Below are positions 15,793-26,481 of a DNA stretch of 64,000 nucleotides, in pieces. Source of the DNA: Chthoniobacterales bacterium (GTDB lineage Bacteria; Verrucomicrobiota; Verrucomicrobiia; Chthoniobacterales; JACTMZ01); NCBI GenBank assembly GCA_044343805.1, contig JBIJDZ010000001.1:7722-71721 (forward strand). Reading direction: 5' to 3'. The notes beneath the pieces were generated by a model that did no database searches, was not told where the DNA came from, and saw nothing but the letters and a program-made list of their open reading frames with translations. A program made the translations under genes and the position numbers. The stretch's first letter is position 1; each line of letters opens with the position of its first letter.

Positions 15793-18183
15793 TCACAAGG
15801 TCAATGCAGGCCGCACGATAGATTCCAGCTCTTGATCCGTAACATTAATGACAACCTGCGCAAAATCGGATGAATCCTCGCTATCCAAAAAATCTGAAAT
15901 TTGAGCACTTTTGAAATCCTGAAGCTGAATGATTTTTTCCTCTACAGAGTTTGTGACAATCAACTTTTGGCTGAGGACGCTGTTTTTCTGTCCAATCCGA
16001 TGAACTCGATCCGTAGCTTGATCTTCGGCGGCCGGATTCCACCACGGGTCAAAATGAATCACATGGTCCGCCTCTGTGAGGTTCAATCCGACACCTCCAG
16101 CTTTGAGGCTGATAAAAAACACAGGAATATTTGGCTGACTCTTGAAGCGGTCGACAATCGATTTTCGATCTTTGGTCGATCCATCAAGATAGCAGCTTTC
16201 GAGGCCCCAGTTTTCGGCCATTGAGTCGAGTCTTTTAAGCATGCGGCTGAATTGGCTGAAAACCAAGGTACGCCGCCCCGCATCGATAGCTTCTTCAAGC
16301 AGCTCCCTAAACAACTCCACTTTAGCAGAAGGAACAGGTTTCGCATTGAACTCCGGCAGCAAGGCTGGATCGCAGCAAACCTGACGCAAACGCAGGAGCA
16401 GAGTGAGCATTGCCACTCTGCGGGCATGGCTCTGCTTTTTCGGATCGTGCGCCTCAACATTCCGCCAGCCATCCCGTTGAATCTGCCCGTAAAGCGACCT
16501 CTGTTTTTCACCCATTTCGCAATAAGCTTTTATTTCCATTTTCGGCGGCAATTCCTCGAGAACCTCGTTTTTGGTTCGCCGCAAAATCAGTGGACGCAAT
16601 TTCCGTTTCAATCTTCTCATGGCGTCGCGGTCATTGGATTGACCAATCGGCTTGGCGTACGTCTCGCAAAAATGCGACACCGTACCCAGATAACCTGGCG
16701 CAACAAAATCTCCGAGCGACCACAAATCCTTAAGAGAGTTTTCGAGCGGTGTTCCGGTCAGCGCCAACCTGAATCCAGCCTGCAATCTTTTGGCCGCTTC
16801 CGCATTCTGACTCTCCGGATTTTTGATGTGCTGCGCCTCGTCGAGAATGACAGCACTCCACGCCATGGCAGCTAGCTCGGCGGCATCGCCGCGCAGCAAG
16901 GCGTAGTTTGTGACCACCAAGTCCATGGAACCCAAAAAACCACGTTTGGCACCCCTCTCTGGCCCGGACCACGCAATCACTCTCGCCTCGGGCCAAAATT
17001 TCTGCACCTCGGCACACCAGTTGAACACCAGCGATGCCGGACACACAACCAACGCTGGACCGCCGAGATGCTGCAGGACCGAGATTGCTTGCACGGTTTT
17101 GCCCAACCCCATGTCATCAGCCAATATCGCACCTCCCACTGATTGCGCACGCTCGGCCAGCCAGTAGACACCAATTGCTTGGTAATCTCGCAAAACGCCC
17201 TCCAGTTTCCCAAGCGCAATTTTCTTTTGCGGCATGGCTGGCAGCCCCTCACCGATCCACTCCGACAAGCTTGCCCGGACAAAATCCGCATGGCGCTGCG
17301 GCACCAACCAATTTTGCCGGTCTTCGCTGCGCACGTCACTGTCCCCCAATGTCTCGTCGAGGTCTCTCCATATCCGACTGTTGATCAAGGCCAGTTTTCC
17401 GCTCGCCAGCCAAATGGCCGGCACACCCGAGGAGACAGCACGTTGCAGGTCTTCCCACGGAATTTCCACACCTTGGGCCACCGCCTCACAGTGCAGGCGA
17501 AGCCATCCGCTCTGCGGACCCGGCACAAGTTTTCCTCGCATTTCCACGCGAGCCACAGATTGGTAGTGACTGGCAAAACGCTCCCCGAATTTGATCTGCC
17601 AATTTTTTGGCAGTGCCGCCAAATGTTCGGCCAAAAATCGTAGGACAGCATCCCGCCTTGTGAGAGTTAGTTTGTCTCGTGATTGAACAAACCCGGCAGA
17701 CATCAAGCGTGATGCAACCTCGTTTTTTGCAGCAGCATGCTCGGAAACAACCAACGCCTCCACCCCTTCGAGTGATCCCTCGAAAGTTACCTCCGGACCT
17801 GCCGTCGCCCGGGGTTCCGCATCCTTGTCCGCCTTCGGCCGGGCGACAGTTTTCACCGGCGGTCCGTGTAGAGTCTCCAATGCAACAGCCACCGAATGTG
17901 CGCAGATCTTGCCTTGAGTTCGCGCCAGCTTACAGGAGCAAAGGCTTTCAATATGCACCGCTGAAAGAATCTTCAGCCCCGCTGCATACGTTCGTGAACC
18001 TTCCCTGACCGCGCCGCGGAGTACCGGAGGATCATAGGACGCACGTAAAACCCGACCTCCATTGTGCAGTTTTTTCGCCTCATGCACCACCGGCCAAGTG
18101 GCAGCCGCAGCCAGCATCTTTTCGGAAATCTCAACCATCCAGCCTGCACGCCTATCACAACTGCCCTCCCCCGCCTCGTTCAA
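15793..18183 (-). CDS. SNF2-family helicase with an N-terminal SWIM zinc finger
   Basis: SWIM motif CSCKLARTQGKICAHSVAV. SNF2_N motifs LADDMGLGKT and DEAQHIKN. Helicase_C motifs GGVGLNLT…DPWWNPA…QATDRVHRIGQ. The start is uncertain, with an alternative Met at 18138. Confidence 0.9.
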   Translation of the reverse strand: MNEAGEGSCDRRAGWMVEISEKMLAAAATWPVVHEAKKLHNGGRVLRASYDPPVLRGAVREGSRTYAAGLKILSAVHIESLCSCKLARTQGKICAHSVAVALETLHGPPVKTVARPKADKDAEPRATAGPEVTFEGSLEGVEALVVSEHAAAKNEVASRLMSAGFVQSRDKLTLTRRDAVLRFLAEHLAALPKNWQIKFGERFASHYQSVARVEMRGKLVPGPQSGWLRLHCEAVAQGVEIPWEDLQRAVSSGVPAIWLASGKLALINSRIWRDLDETLGDSDVRSEDRQNWLVPQRHADFVRASLSEWIGEGLPAMPQKKIALGKLEGVLRDYQAIGVYWLAERAQSVGGAILADDMGLGKTVQAISVLQHLGGPALVVCPASLVFNWCAEVQKFWPEARVIAWSGPERGAKRGFLGSMDLVVTNYALLRGDAAELAAMAWSAVILDEAQHIKNPESQNAEAAKRLQAGFRLALTGTPLENSLKDLWSLGDFVAPGYLGTVSHFCETYAKPIGQSNDRDAMRRLKRKLRPLILRRTKNEVLEELPPKMEIKAYCEMGEKQRSLYGQIQRDGWRNVEAHDPKKQSHARRVAMLTLLLRLRQVCCDPALLPEFNAKPVPSAKVELFRELLEEAIDAGRRTLVFSQFSRMLKRLDSMAENWGLESCYLDGSTKDRKSIVDRFKSQPNIPVFFISLKAGGVGLNLTEADHVIHFDPWWNPAAEDQATDRVHRIGQKNSVLSQKLIVTNSVEEKIIQLQDFKSAQISDFLDSEDSSDFAQVVINVTDQELESIVRPALTL

Positions 18184-18224
18184 AATCTTGGAACTTTGCC
18201 ATCAACTGCCTAAAAAACACTTAC

Positions 18225-19034
18225 ATGCCCAACCGTATCGACGAATGTTTTGCCCGCCTGCGCTCCGCCAACCGTCCGGGTTTTATTGCATACATTACGG
18301 CAGGCGACCCCGATTTGGCCGCAACGGAATCATTGGTCTTGGCGCTGGAAGCTGCTGGAACCGACATCATCGAGCTGGGTGTTCCGTTTTCCGATCCACT
18401 AGCCGACGGCGTCGTCAATCAGATGGCTGCGCAACGCGCCCTCGATGCCGGCACAACGTTGGACAAACTCCTCGAGACAATTCGGCGCATCCGCGACAAG
18501 TCCCAGATACCGCTGGTTCTTTTTACCTACCTAAATCCTCTCTATGTCCACGGATTTGAAAAATTCCACGATGAAGCTGCCGCTGCGGGGGCCGACGGTA
18601 TTCTGATCCTTGATCTGCCGCCCGAGGAAATCGAAGCCAACCGCGAGTTAGCCGACCGGCACCGTTTGAAATCAATCCGCCTCATTGCACCAACCACGCC
18701 AACCGCGCGCATGGAGCGTATTGCAAAGGCGTCGGACGGATTCATTTACTACGTATCCCGGGAGGGCGTCACCGGCGAGCAGGCCGCACTCTCTGATTCC
18801 ATTGCCGCCCGCGTGGCGGAGATCAAAAAGTACACAGACATTCCGGTGGCTGTGGGATTCGGTATTTCAACGACGACACAGGCTGCGGAAGTCGCGCGTT
18901 GTGCTGATGCCGCCGTGGTCGGGAGCGCCATCGTTCGACGCATTGGCGAATACGGAAAGAGCCAGGATTTGCCGCGCCTCATTGCCGACTTCGTCTCACC
19001 CCTTGCGGATGCTGTTCATCTATCGAAAACCTAA
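18225..19034 (+). CDS. trpA: Tryptophan synthase alpha subunit
   Basis: FIAYITAGDP…ELGVPFSDPLADG…YVSREGVTG. No adjacent trpB. Confidence 0.9.
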   Translation: MPNRIDECFARLRSANRPGFIAYITAGDPDLAATESLVLALEAAGTDIIELGVPFSDPLADGVVNQMAAQRALDAGTTLDKLLETIRRIRDKSQIPLVLFTYLNPLYVHGFEKFHDEAAAAGADGILILDLPPEEIEANRELADRHRLKSIRLIAPTTPTARMERIAKASDGFIYYVSREGVTGEQAALSDSIAARVAEIKKYTDIPVAVGFGISTTTQAAEVARCADAAVVGSAIVRRIGEYGKSQDLPRLIADFVSPLADAVHLSKT

Positions 19035-19039
19035 AAATC

Positions 19040-20701
19040 ATGGCCAAAAAAGTTCTGATCATAGGCGGAGTGGCCGGAGGCGCCTCCTGCGCTGCTCGTC
19101 TCCGTCGCCTGGACGAAACATGCGAAATCACCATTTTGGAGCGCGGCCCACACGTTTCTTTCGCCAATTGTGGACTACCCTACTACGTCGGCGATGTTAT
19201 TAACGAGCAGGGTAAACTCGTCCTCGCCAATACCGTCCTGTTCCGCGACCGCTTCCGCATCGACGTCCAACTGCACCACGAAGCTTTCAAGGTTGATCCT
19301 GCCCATCGCAGGGTATCGGTCCGCCACACCCAAACCGGCAAAGAGTCTTTCTTTTCCTACGACGCTTTGGTGCTCTCACCTGGTGCCGCCCCCATTCGCC
19401 CACCGCTGCCGGGCATCGAATCTCCAGGCGTTTTCCAAGTCCGCACCATTCCAGACGCGGATCGCATACGCCGCTGGATCCTCGAGCGCCACGCGCATTC
19501 AGCAGTGGTGGTGGGCGGCGGTTTCATCGGAGTGGAAATGGCGGAAAATCTTCTGCACCGCGGACTCAAAGTCACGCTGGTGGAAATGCTTCCGCAGATC
19601 ATGCCAAACCTCGACCCGGAGATGGCGTGGCCATTGCAAAAACGCCTCGCCGAGCATGGTTGCCATTTTGCTTTGGGTGATGCCGTGGCCGGTTTTGAAC
19701 TAACTTCCAGTGGAGCTCTTCAAGTGCTGACCAAGAACGGATCGCAGCACCAAGGGGACTTGGTCATTCTTGGCCTGGGGGTTCGTCCCGAAACAGCGCT
19801 GGCCCGCGAGGCTGGATTAAAGATCGGCACAACAGGAGGCATTGAGGTTGATGAACACATGCGAACCAGTGACCCGCACATCTGGGCCGTAGGTGATGCC
19901 GTCCAAGTAAGGAATATCGTTACCGGGCAACCTCAGTTGCTTGCCTTGGCCGGCCCGGCCAACCGGCAAGGGCGCGTCGCGGCGGACAACATCGCCGGTC
20001 GGCCTTCCGTATTTCGCGGAGTGCAAGGGACCTCGATCATCGGCGTTTTTGGTCTTGCCGCCGCGGGAACAGGATGCAGCGAGTCGGCCTTGCGGCAGGC
20101 CGGCATCGCTGACTACGAAAAAGTTTATCTGCATCCGATGAACCATGTCGGTTACTACCCGGGAGCCAAGCAGATGCACTTGAAAATAATTTTCCGCCCC
20201 AGTGACGGCCGGCTCCTCGGCGCTCAAGCTGTCGGCGAAGAAGATATTGCCCGGCGTATCGATGTGATCTCTGCCTTTCTGCAAAAAGGCGGCACCGTGC
20301 ATGACTTGGCCGAAGCCGAACTGTGCTACGCCCCGCAGTTCGGGGCGGCCAAAGATCCCGTGAACTTCGCGGGCATGGTGGCTTCCAATTCCCAAGATCA
20401 AGACATGCCGGTCGTTAACTGGGATGCCGTGCCCGAGAACGCTTATTTGCTTGATGTGCGTGACGAGGACGAATTCGCCGAAGCCCATGTGCCTGGCTCG
20501 GTCAATATTCCCTTGCCTGCTTTGCGGCGCGATCCCTCGGCATTGCCGAAAGACCGGCCGATTCTCGCCTACTGTCGAGTCGGTCAGCGAGGTTACTATG
20601 CCGTCCGTTTTCTACGTCAGCTCGGATACGATGCGCACAACGTTACCGGAGGCATCCTCACCTGGGAAAATGCGCAAGCCGCCCGCACGAAACAATCATG
20701 A
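19040..20701 (+). CDS. CoA-disulfide reductase-type FAD oxidoreductase with a C-terminal rhodanese domain
   Basis: IIGGVAGGASCA and the redox Cys motif SFANCGLPYY. The C-terminal rhodanese active-site loop is AYCRVGQRG. Confidence 0.85.
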   Translation: MAKKVLIIGGVAGGASCAARLRRLDETCEITILERGPHVSFANCGLPYYVGDVINEQGKLVLANTVLFRDRFRIDVQLHHEAFKVDPAHRRVSVRHTQTGKESFFSYDALVLSPGAAPIRPPLPGIESPGVFQVRTIPDADRIRRWILERHAHSAVVVGGGFIGVEMAENLLHRGLKVTLVEMLPQIMPNLDPEMAWPLQKRLAEHGCHFALGDAVAGFELTSSGALQVLTKNGSQHQGDLVILGLGVRPETALAREAGLKIGTTGGIEVDEHMRTSDPHIWAVGDAVQVRNIVTGQPQLLALAGPANRQGRVAADNIAGRPSVFRGVQGTSIIGVFGLAAAGTGCSESALRQAGIADYEKVYLHPMNHVGYYPGAKQMHLKIIFRPSDGRLLGAQAVGEEDIARRIDVISAFLQKGGTVHDLAEAELCYAPQFGAAKDPVNFAGMVASNSQDQDMPVVNWDAVPENAYLLDVRDEDEFAEAHVPGSVNIPLPALRRDPSALPKDRPILAYCRVGQRGYYAVRFLRQLGYDAHNVTGGILTWENAQAARTKQS

Positions 20702-21255
20702 TTTACGATTTTACCCTGCGAACCGTTGGTCTGTTTACCGGCGTCTGCCTGATTGTCGTGCATGCATTCGCGCTTCTTAAACCCTCGACCGTCAAAGCTT
20801 GGCTGCCCACTTTTCCTCGATCCCGAGTTTGGGGCGTTGTTTTGTGCACCTTGGCCGCACTGTGGGCTTTCTGGCTTGCGGCCACGATGGATCTCGGTGA
20901 ATTCACCTCCCATCGCACGCTAATTTGTGGGGCGATCATTGCGGGCGCAATCATGGTTCCGCTCTTCGCCGATGAATTCCTGGCCGTCCGATCATTGGGC
21001 ATTTTGTCCCTGCTCGCAGCCGAACCGCTCCTCAGCGCGGCATTTTTGAAGCCTGAGTATTCCCGCTTGCTGCTTGTCGTGCTGGCTTACATTTGGGCTA
21101 TCGCCGGCTTGCTTTTTGTCGGGGCACCCTACCTCTTGCGAAATCTTATCGTCTGGCTTCTGGCTGCCCGCGGACGCTATCTGGCCGTCGCATGGTGCGG
21201 AGTTATTTACGGGGCGATTCTCGTCACCGTCTCATGGCTTTTCTTCCAGTCCTGA
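20698..21255 (+). CDS. Hypothetical polytopic membrane protein, translationally coupled to the CoADR-rhodanese gene
   Basis: Five or six hydrophobic segments. ATGA start/stop overlap with the upstream gene. No family recognised. Confidence 0.6.
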   Translation: MIYDFTLRTVGLFTGVCLIVVHAFALLKPSTVKAWLPTFPRSRVWGVVLCTLAALWAFWLAATMDLGEFTSHRTLICGAIIAGAIMVPLFADEFLAVRSLGILSLLAAEPLLSAAFLKPEYSRLLLVVLAYIWAIAGLLFVGAPYLLRNLIVWLLAARGRYLAVAWCGVIYGAILVTVSWLFFQS

Positions 21256-21279
21256 AAATCACATCATCTCATCTCGCTC

Positions 21280-21633
21280 ATGCTTCAGATCATTTTCAAT
21301 GACGTCAGTGCCGCCGAAATGGCCGCTCTACCCAAGCTGCTTCAACTTGAAATCCTCAGTGACTTCCGGGTCATGCCGGAGGACTTGGAACAGCTTGATG
21401 CTAAAAGATTCGGCAAAGTCATCCGTGACAACCGTACTCTCTACCGCTATCGCTCCGGAGATTACCGCATCTACTTCGAAGCCCACGAAAAAGGCCTCGT
21501 CATTCAGCGTGTGCTAACCAAAAACACCATCCGCGATTTCCTTTTCCGCACCAGCCTCCCGATGGCCGAGGATGAGCAACTCGCCAGCAACGGGGCATTT
21601 TGGAACCTCATCGACGAAGGACGCAGAACTTAG
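21280..21633 (+). CDS. RelE/ParE-superfamily-like protein with a C-terminal extension
   Basis: YRYRSGDYRIYFEAHEKGLVIQRVL resembles the R.R.GDYRIIY…V.I..V core of RelE/ParE toxins. About 35 extra C-terminal residues. No adjacent antitoxin-sized ORF. Confidence 0.5.
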   Translation: MLQIIFNDVSAAEMAALPKLLQLEILSDFRVMPEDLEQLDAKRFGKVIRDNRTLYRYRSGDYRIYFEAHEKGLVIQRVLTKNTIRDFLFRTSLPMAEDEQLASNGAFWNLIDEGRRT

Positions 21634-21882
21634 TCCAGTGATATTTAAGCCGAGACTGCTCGTTCGCCCAAATCACACCAAAATGCCGGACTCTCTAGTG
21701 GCCCAGGACAGATCTGCGGCGACAATTTCCGCGGCAGATGCGATCAGGCCTTTCGATAAATCTGCGTGAAGCACAGGGGACAGCAAATGAAACGGCGCGA
21801 ACGCAAAGTTATCGTTTTTGGGCAGATATGAAAAATTGCGCAACTTTCGTCTACCCCGGAGCTTTGTAAAAAAAGGACAACT

Positions 21883-22875
21883 TCAGCCATTTGTACGGAG
21901 AAATCTTGCGGATATGAGGCTGGCTGCATCTCGCAAGGTCGTTTTACCTGCGACAACCGACTCCGACAGGCCGATCAAATCCTCGCGAACGGCAGCATTA
22001 GCAGACATAGCAACGAGCACTTGCTCACGGGCAAAGTCAGCCAGGCCCTCTCGCGCTTGGTTCATGCGTCGGGCGGCCCACTCGCCGGATGCCGTCATGT
22101 CAGTGTGGAATTTCTCGATCATTTCCCACACCTCACGGATGCCGGTGCGCTCAACTGACGAGCATTTACACACCTCGGGCTTCCACCCCGGGGTAGCCGG
22201 CATGAGAAAATGCAGCACTTGAGCTAATTCGAGGCGTAGTTTCTCCGCGGCGGTGACGTTATCACCATCCGCCTTGGTCACGACAATGCCATCCGCCATT
22301 TCAACGATCCCTTTTTTGATCCCCTGCAATTCGTCTCCCGCCCCGGTCAGCGCCAGCAACAGAAAAAAATCCGTCATTGAACGCACGGCTACTTCACTCT
22401 GCCCCACCCCGACAGTTTCAACCAAAATCACGTCATAGCCGGCGGCCTCGCACAGTGTGATGGTCTCACGAGTCTTTCGCGTCACTCCACCCAGTGCTCC
22501 ACCGGAGGGCGAAGGACGAATGTATGCAGACGGATGACGTGAAAGTTTTTCCATTCGCGTTTTGTCTCCTAGAATACTGCCGCCGGAGATGGAGCTGGTG
22601 GGATCAACAGCCAGCACGGCTACACGGTGTCCCAACTCGCAAAGATGCAACCCGAAAGCCTCGATGAAGGTGCTTTTGCCGACGCCGGGCACACCGGTTA
22701 TGCCGACACGCACCGAGTGATCGCGGTGCGGGAGCAATTGCCTCATCAGCTCCGCCGCAGTTGCAGCATGAAGGGGCGACGTGCTTTCAATCAGTGTGAT
22801 GGCTCGGGCCAGAACCGACGAATTGCCTGTGAGGATACCAGGGGCGTAATCGTTCGCCTGCAGGAGATGCTCCAT
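21883..22875 (-). CDS. meaB: Methylmalonyl-CoA mutase accessory GTPase (MeaB/ArgK)
   Basis: P-loop GITGVPGVGKST, then ILVETVGVGQSE and VVTKADGD. The start at 22875 lies 10 nt after the mutase gene. Confidence 0.9.
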   Translation of the reverse strand: MEHLLQANDYAPGILTGNSSVLARAITLIESTSPLHAATAAELMRQLLPHRDHSVRVGITGVPGVGKSTFIEAFGLHLCELGHRVAVLAVDPTSSISGGSILGDKTRMEKLSRHPSAYIRPSPSGGALGGVTRKTRETITLCEAAGYDVILVETVGVGQSEVAVRSMTDFFLLLALTGAGDELQGIKKGIVEMADGIVVTKADGDNVTAAEKLRLELAQVLHFLMPATPGWKPEVCKCSSVERTGIREVWEMIEKFHTDMTASGEWAARRMNQAREGLADFAREQVLVAMSANAAVREDLIGLSESVVAGKTTLRDAASLISARFLRTNG

Positions 22876-22885
22876 GAGCGAAGTG

Positions 22886-25027
22886 TTACGGTATCCGAGC
22901 TTCGAGATCGAGGATGAGACGTTTGGCTGCGTGAGGAATGACTGTGCCGGGCCCGAAAATTTCCGCAGCCCCGTGCTGGCGCAGATAATCGTAGTCCTGC
23001 GCAGGTATGACGCCACCGATGACAACGAGAATGTCCTGACGACCGAGTTTTTTAAGTTCCTCGACCAGTTGAGGCAACAAAGTTTTGTGGCCTCCAGCCA
23101 GCGAGCTGAACCCTACGATATGAACGTCGTTTTCGGCAGCCTGCTTGGCTGTTTCCTCGGGGGTCTGGAAAAGCGGCCCGATATCCACATCGAAGCCGAG
23201 ATCGGCGTAGGCCGAGGCCACAACCTTAGCTCCACGGTCGTGACCATCCTGCCCCATTTTTGCGACGAGAATACGGGGACGGCGCCCATGGCGTGATTCG
23301 AACTGCTCGCACATGCGGCGCACGTCGGTGATTTGTTTGCCTTCGCCGAACTCACGACCATAGACACCGGAAATGGAACGGACTACCGCCATGTGGCGAC
23401 CATACACCTTTTCCATTGCATCGGAAATCTCGCCGAGCGTGGCACGGGTGCGGGCAGCGTCCACCGCGAGTGCCAGCAGATTTCCTTTTTCGTTTTTGGC
23501 GGCGGCGGTGAGCGCTGCCAGAGCTTTCTCCACGCTGGCCGTGTCTCGTTCCGCGCGAAGATGTTTGAGCTGCTCCACCTGCTCCTCCCGGACGGCCGTG
23601 TTGTCCACCTCGAGAATCTCAAGGTCATCTTCCTTGCCGAGTTTGTATTTGTTAACACCAACGATGACTTCGCGGCCGGAATCAATCTGCGCCTGGCGCC
23701 GGGCAGCAGCTTCCTCGATGCGCATCTTCGGCAAACCGGTATTGATCGCCTTGGCCATCCCGCCGAGTTTTTCCACCTCGACAATATGGGACCAAGCCCG
23801 ATCCATGAGGTCACGGGTAAGGCTCTCCACGTAATACGATCCGCCCCAAGGATCGACAGTGCGGCAGATGCCTGTTTCATCCTGCAGGAATAGCTGAGTG
23901 TTGCGAGCAATGCGGGCAGAGAAGTCCGTGGGCAAGGCAATCGCCTCATCGAGCGAGTTGGTGTGCAGGGACTGGGTTCCGCCGAAGGCCGCCGCCATGG
24001 CTTCGATGCAAGTGCGGACGACATTGTTGTACGGGTCCTGCTCAGTCAGACTCCACCCGGAAGTCTGCGAGTGTGTTCGGAGTGCCAGTGATTTCGGATT
24101 CGTTGCACCGAGACCTTTTAGCAGCTTAGCCCAAAGCACGCGCGCCGCGCGCATCTTGGCGATTTCCATGAACATATTTTTGCCCTGCGCCCAGAAGAAC
24201 GACAGACGCGGCGCAAAAGTGTCGATAGAAATCCCCGCTTTTATGCCGGCGCGGACGTATTCGACACCATCAGCCAACGTGTAAGCCATCTCGAGGTCGG
24301 CCGTCGCTCCGGCTTCCTGCATGTGGTAACCAGAGATACTGATGCTGTTGAACTTCGGCATGTGTTGCGACGTATAGGCAAAAATGTCGGCAATAATCCG
24401 CATCGAGGCCTCGGGAGGATAAATATAGGTATTTCGCACCATATATTCCTTGAGAATATCGTTCTGGATCGTGCCGGTGAGCTTCTCCGGCGAGACGCCC
24501 TGTTCCTCGGCGGCCACGATGTAGAAGGCCATGATAGGAATGACGGCGCCATTCATGGTCATCGAGACAGACATGCGGTCGAGCGGAATGCCGTCGAAAA
24601 GGACTTTCATGTCGAGGACCGAGTCCACGGCAACCCCAGCCTTACCCACGTCACCGACAACGCGCGGGTGGTCGGAGTCGTATCCGCGGTGCGTGGCGAG
24701 ATCGAAGGCGATACTCAGTCCCATTTGCCCTGCCGCGAGATTGCGGCGGTAAAATGCGTTGCTTTCGCGGGCTGTAGAGAATCCCGCATATTGGCGCACG
24801 GTCCATGGACGCGTGACATACATAGTCGCATAAGGTCCGCGAAGGAAAGGCGGGATACCGGCGGAAAAACCGATTTGAGGGCAATCGGAAATATCGTCCG
24901 GACGATAGACAGGCTTCACGTCGATCTGCTCCATCGTGGTCCAAGCAGTGACGTGGTTGCCAGTGTGTCTGCGGGCTGTTGATTTCACGCCCAATGGAAT
25001 TTCGGAAAAATTCGGAATCTGGCTCAT
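22886..25027 (-). CDS. mutB: Methylmalonyl-CoA mutase large (alpha, B12-binding) subunit
   Basis: [26 protein letters not shown]… plus a C-terminal B12-binding domain: [20 protein letters not shown]…GVIP. Its start overlaps the mutA stop. Confidence 0.92.
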   Translation of the reverse strand: MSQIPNFSEIPLGVKSTARRHTGNHVTAWTTMEQIDVKPVYRPDDISDCPQIGFSAGIPPFLRGPYATMYVTRPWTVRQYAGFSTARESNAFYRRNLAAGQMGLSIAFDLATHRGYDSDHPRVVGDVGKAGVAVDSVLDMKVLFDGIPLDRMSVSMTMNGAVIPIMAFYIVAAEEQGVSPEKLTGTIQNDILKEYMVRNTYIYPPEASMRIIADIFAYTSQHMPKFNSISISGYHMQEAGATADLEMAYTLADGVEYVRAGIKAGISIDTFAPRLSFFWAQGKNMFMEIAKMRAARVLWAKLLKGLGATNPKSLALRTHSQTSGWSLTEQDPYNNVVRTCIEAMAAAFGGTQSLHTNSLDEAIALPTDFSARIARNTQLFLQDETGICRTVDPWGGSYYVESLTRDLMDRAWSHIVEVEKLGGMAKAINTGLPKMRIEEAAARRQAQIDSGREVIVGVNKYKLGKEDDLEILEVDNTAVREEQVEQLKHLRAERDTASVEKALAALTAAAKNEKGNLLALAVDAARTRATLGEISDAMEKVYGRHMAVVRSISGVYGREFGEGKQITDVRRMCEQFESRHGRRPRILVAKMGQDGHDRGAKVVASAYADLGFDVDIGPLFQTPEETAKQAAENDVHIVGFSSLAGGHKTLLPQLVEELKKLGRQDILVVIGGVIPAQDYDYLRQHGAAEIFGPGTVIPHAAKRLILDLEARIP

Positions 25028-26481
25028 TTGGACACCCCCAACTTCTTTTGCCATTCGGCGAGAAACGCGCCGCAATCCGACTTCACGTGAATGAAGTCGG
25101 CGATCCCGGCGGATTTGAAAATATCAACGTGATCCGGCGGACAACCGGCAAGAATGATCGGCAATACACCCATCATCGCTTGGAGCATGGCAGGGACCAG
25201 CTCGGGGTAAGTGTCATCGGTCGAGCACAACACCGCGGCCATGGCTCCGGATGCGCGCGCGGCTTGAGCCGCTTCGGCCGCATCTTTGAAACCTGTTGGA
25301 TAAACGACTTCGAATCCGCCCGTCTCGAAAAAACCTCTGGCAAAATCCGCCCGAGCCTTGTGCTGTTTGATCGGACCCATGGTGAGCAAAAAGATTTTCG
25401 GCGCACAGCCATGTTGCGCGGCATAGTCCCAAGCATTGAACCGAAGCTGCTCGAACCCGCTGGCAAGACGTTCCGTACAGGTTGACTTGGTAGAAGCGAG
25501 CGGCTTTTCGGTCGGATTGGCGTATTGGTTCACGCCAACCATGACACGGCGGCGTTTCGATATCGCGTCGCGTTGGCTCTCGGCCGACGCAGCCAAGGAG
25601 TTCGTCGTTTGACCTTGTTCAGAAATTTGGAATTCCGCCCAAGCGGCATCGGCGATTTCTTTGGTGAGATTTTCCACGAACCAAGATCCACCCGCCGGAT
25701 CAGTCACCGCTTCGGCATGGCACTCCTCGCGGAGAATCCGCTGGGTATTCAAAGCAATCCGGCGCGAGAAATCATCAGGCTCGCGAAAAACTTCATCAAA
25801 TGGCGCGACACTCAAGCTGTCGCATCCGCCGATAACCGCGGCATAGGCCGAAGTGGTGGAGCGCAATATGTTCGTATGCGGGTCGAGCGAAGATTGTTGC
25901 CAGCGTGACGTGCGCGCGTGGACGACCATGCGAGCTGAGGCCTCTGCGCCGCCGGAGGCCGTAACAATCTGCGCCCAACCGTATCGAGCTGCCCGCAGTT
26001 TCGCGACAATCACAAAAAACTCGCCGCCCGCCGCGAAGATAAAACGGATTTTCCGGGCAGCATCATCAATCGCCGTTCCTTTGGCCTCCGCCTCCCGCAG
26101 GACACGCAAGCCCTCCCCCCAAGCAAAGGCGAGCTCCTGAACGGCGCTGCCGCCCTGCTCGTGGATACCATTCGCATCCACTGATACCCACCCCGCAGGC
26201 ACATCGGCGGCGTTTTCCTGAACGGTCTCCCACGCAGCCGTGGCTTTGGCTCCACGCACGTAGGGAAAAATACCGGGGTCATTTTCCGCGCCGGGTAAAA
26301 ACGAGGAATTCTCCGGCTGATAGAGCGGTTCAACCATCAATCCATCAGGTGTACGGGTGGTAAGTTTATCGAGCGGTTTGCCCTTGAGGGTGGCTTCGGC
26401 AGCCGACGACCATTCGGCCAGGCTAGCAGCGGCGAATTCCGAGAGATCAAGTTTATCAGCGAAAAGATTGCGCATCATCAA
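25024..26481 (-). CDS. mutA: Methylmalonyl-CoA mutase small (beta) subunit, short form
   Basis: Mutase-fold homology (PYVRG…, [15 protein letters not shown]) without the DxHxxG cobalamin ligand motif. ATGA overlaps on both sides. Confidence 0.8.
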   Translation of the reverse strand: MMMRNLFADKLDLSEFAAASLAEWSSAAEATLKGKPLDKLTTRTPDGLMVEPLYQPENSSFLPGAENDPGIFPYVRGAKATAAWETVQENAADVPAGWVSVDANGIHEQGGSAVQELAFAWGEGLRVLREAEAKGTAIDDAARKIRFIFAAGGEFFVIVAKLRAARYGWAQIVTASGGAEASARMVVHARTSRWQQSSLDPHTNILRSTTSAYAAVIGGCDSLSVAPFDEVFREPDDFSRRIALNTQRILREECHAEAVTDPAGGSWFVENLTKEIADAAWAEFQISEQGQTTNSLAASAESQRDAISKRRRVMVGVNQYANPTEKPLASTKSTCTERLASGFEQLRFNAWDYAAQHGCAPKIFLLTMGPIKQHKARADFARGFFETGGFEVVYPTGFKDAAEAAQAARASGAMAAVLCSTDDTYPELVPAMLQAMMGVLPIILAGCPPDHVDIFKSAGIADFIHVKSDCGAFLAEWQKKLGVSK

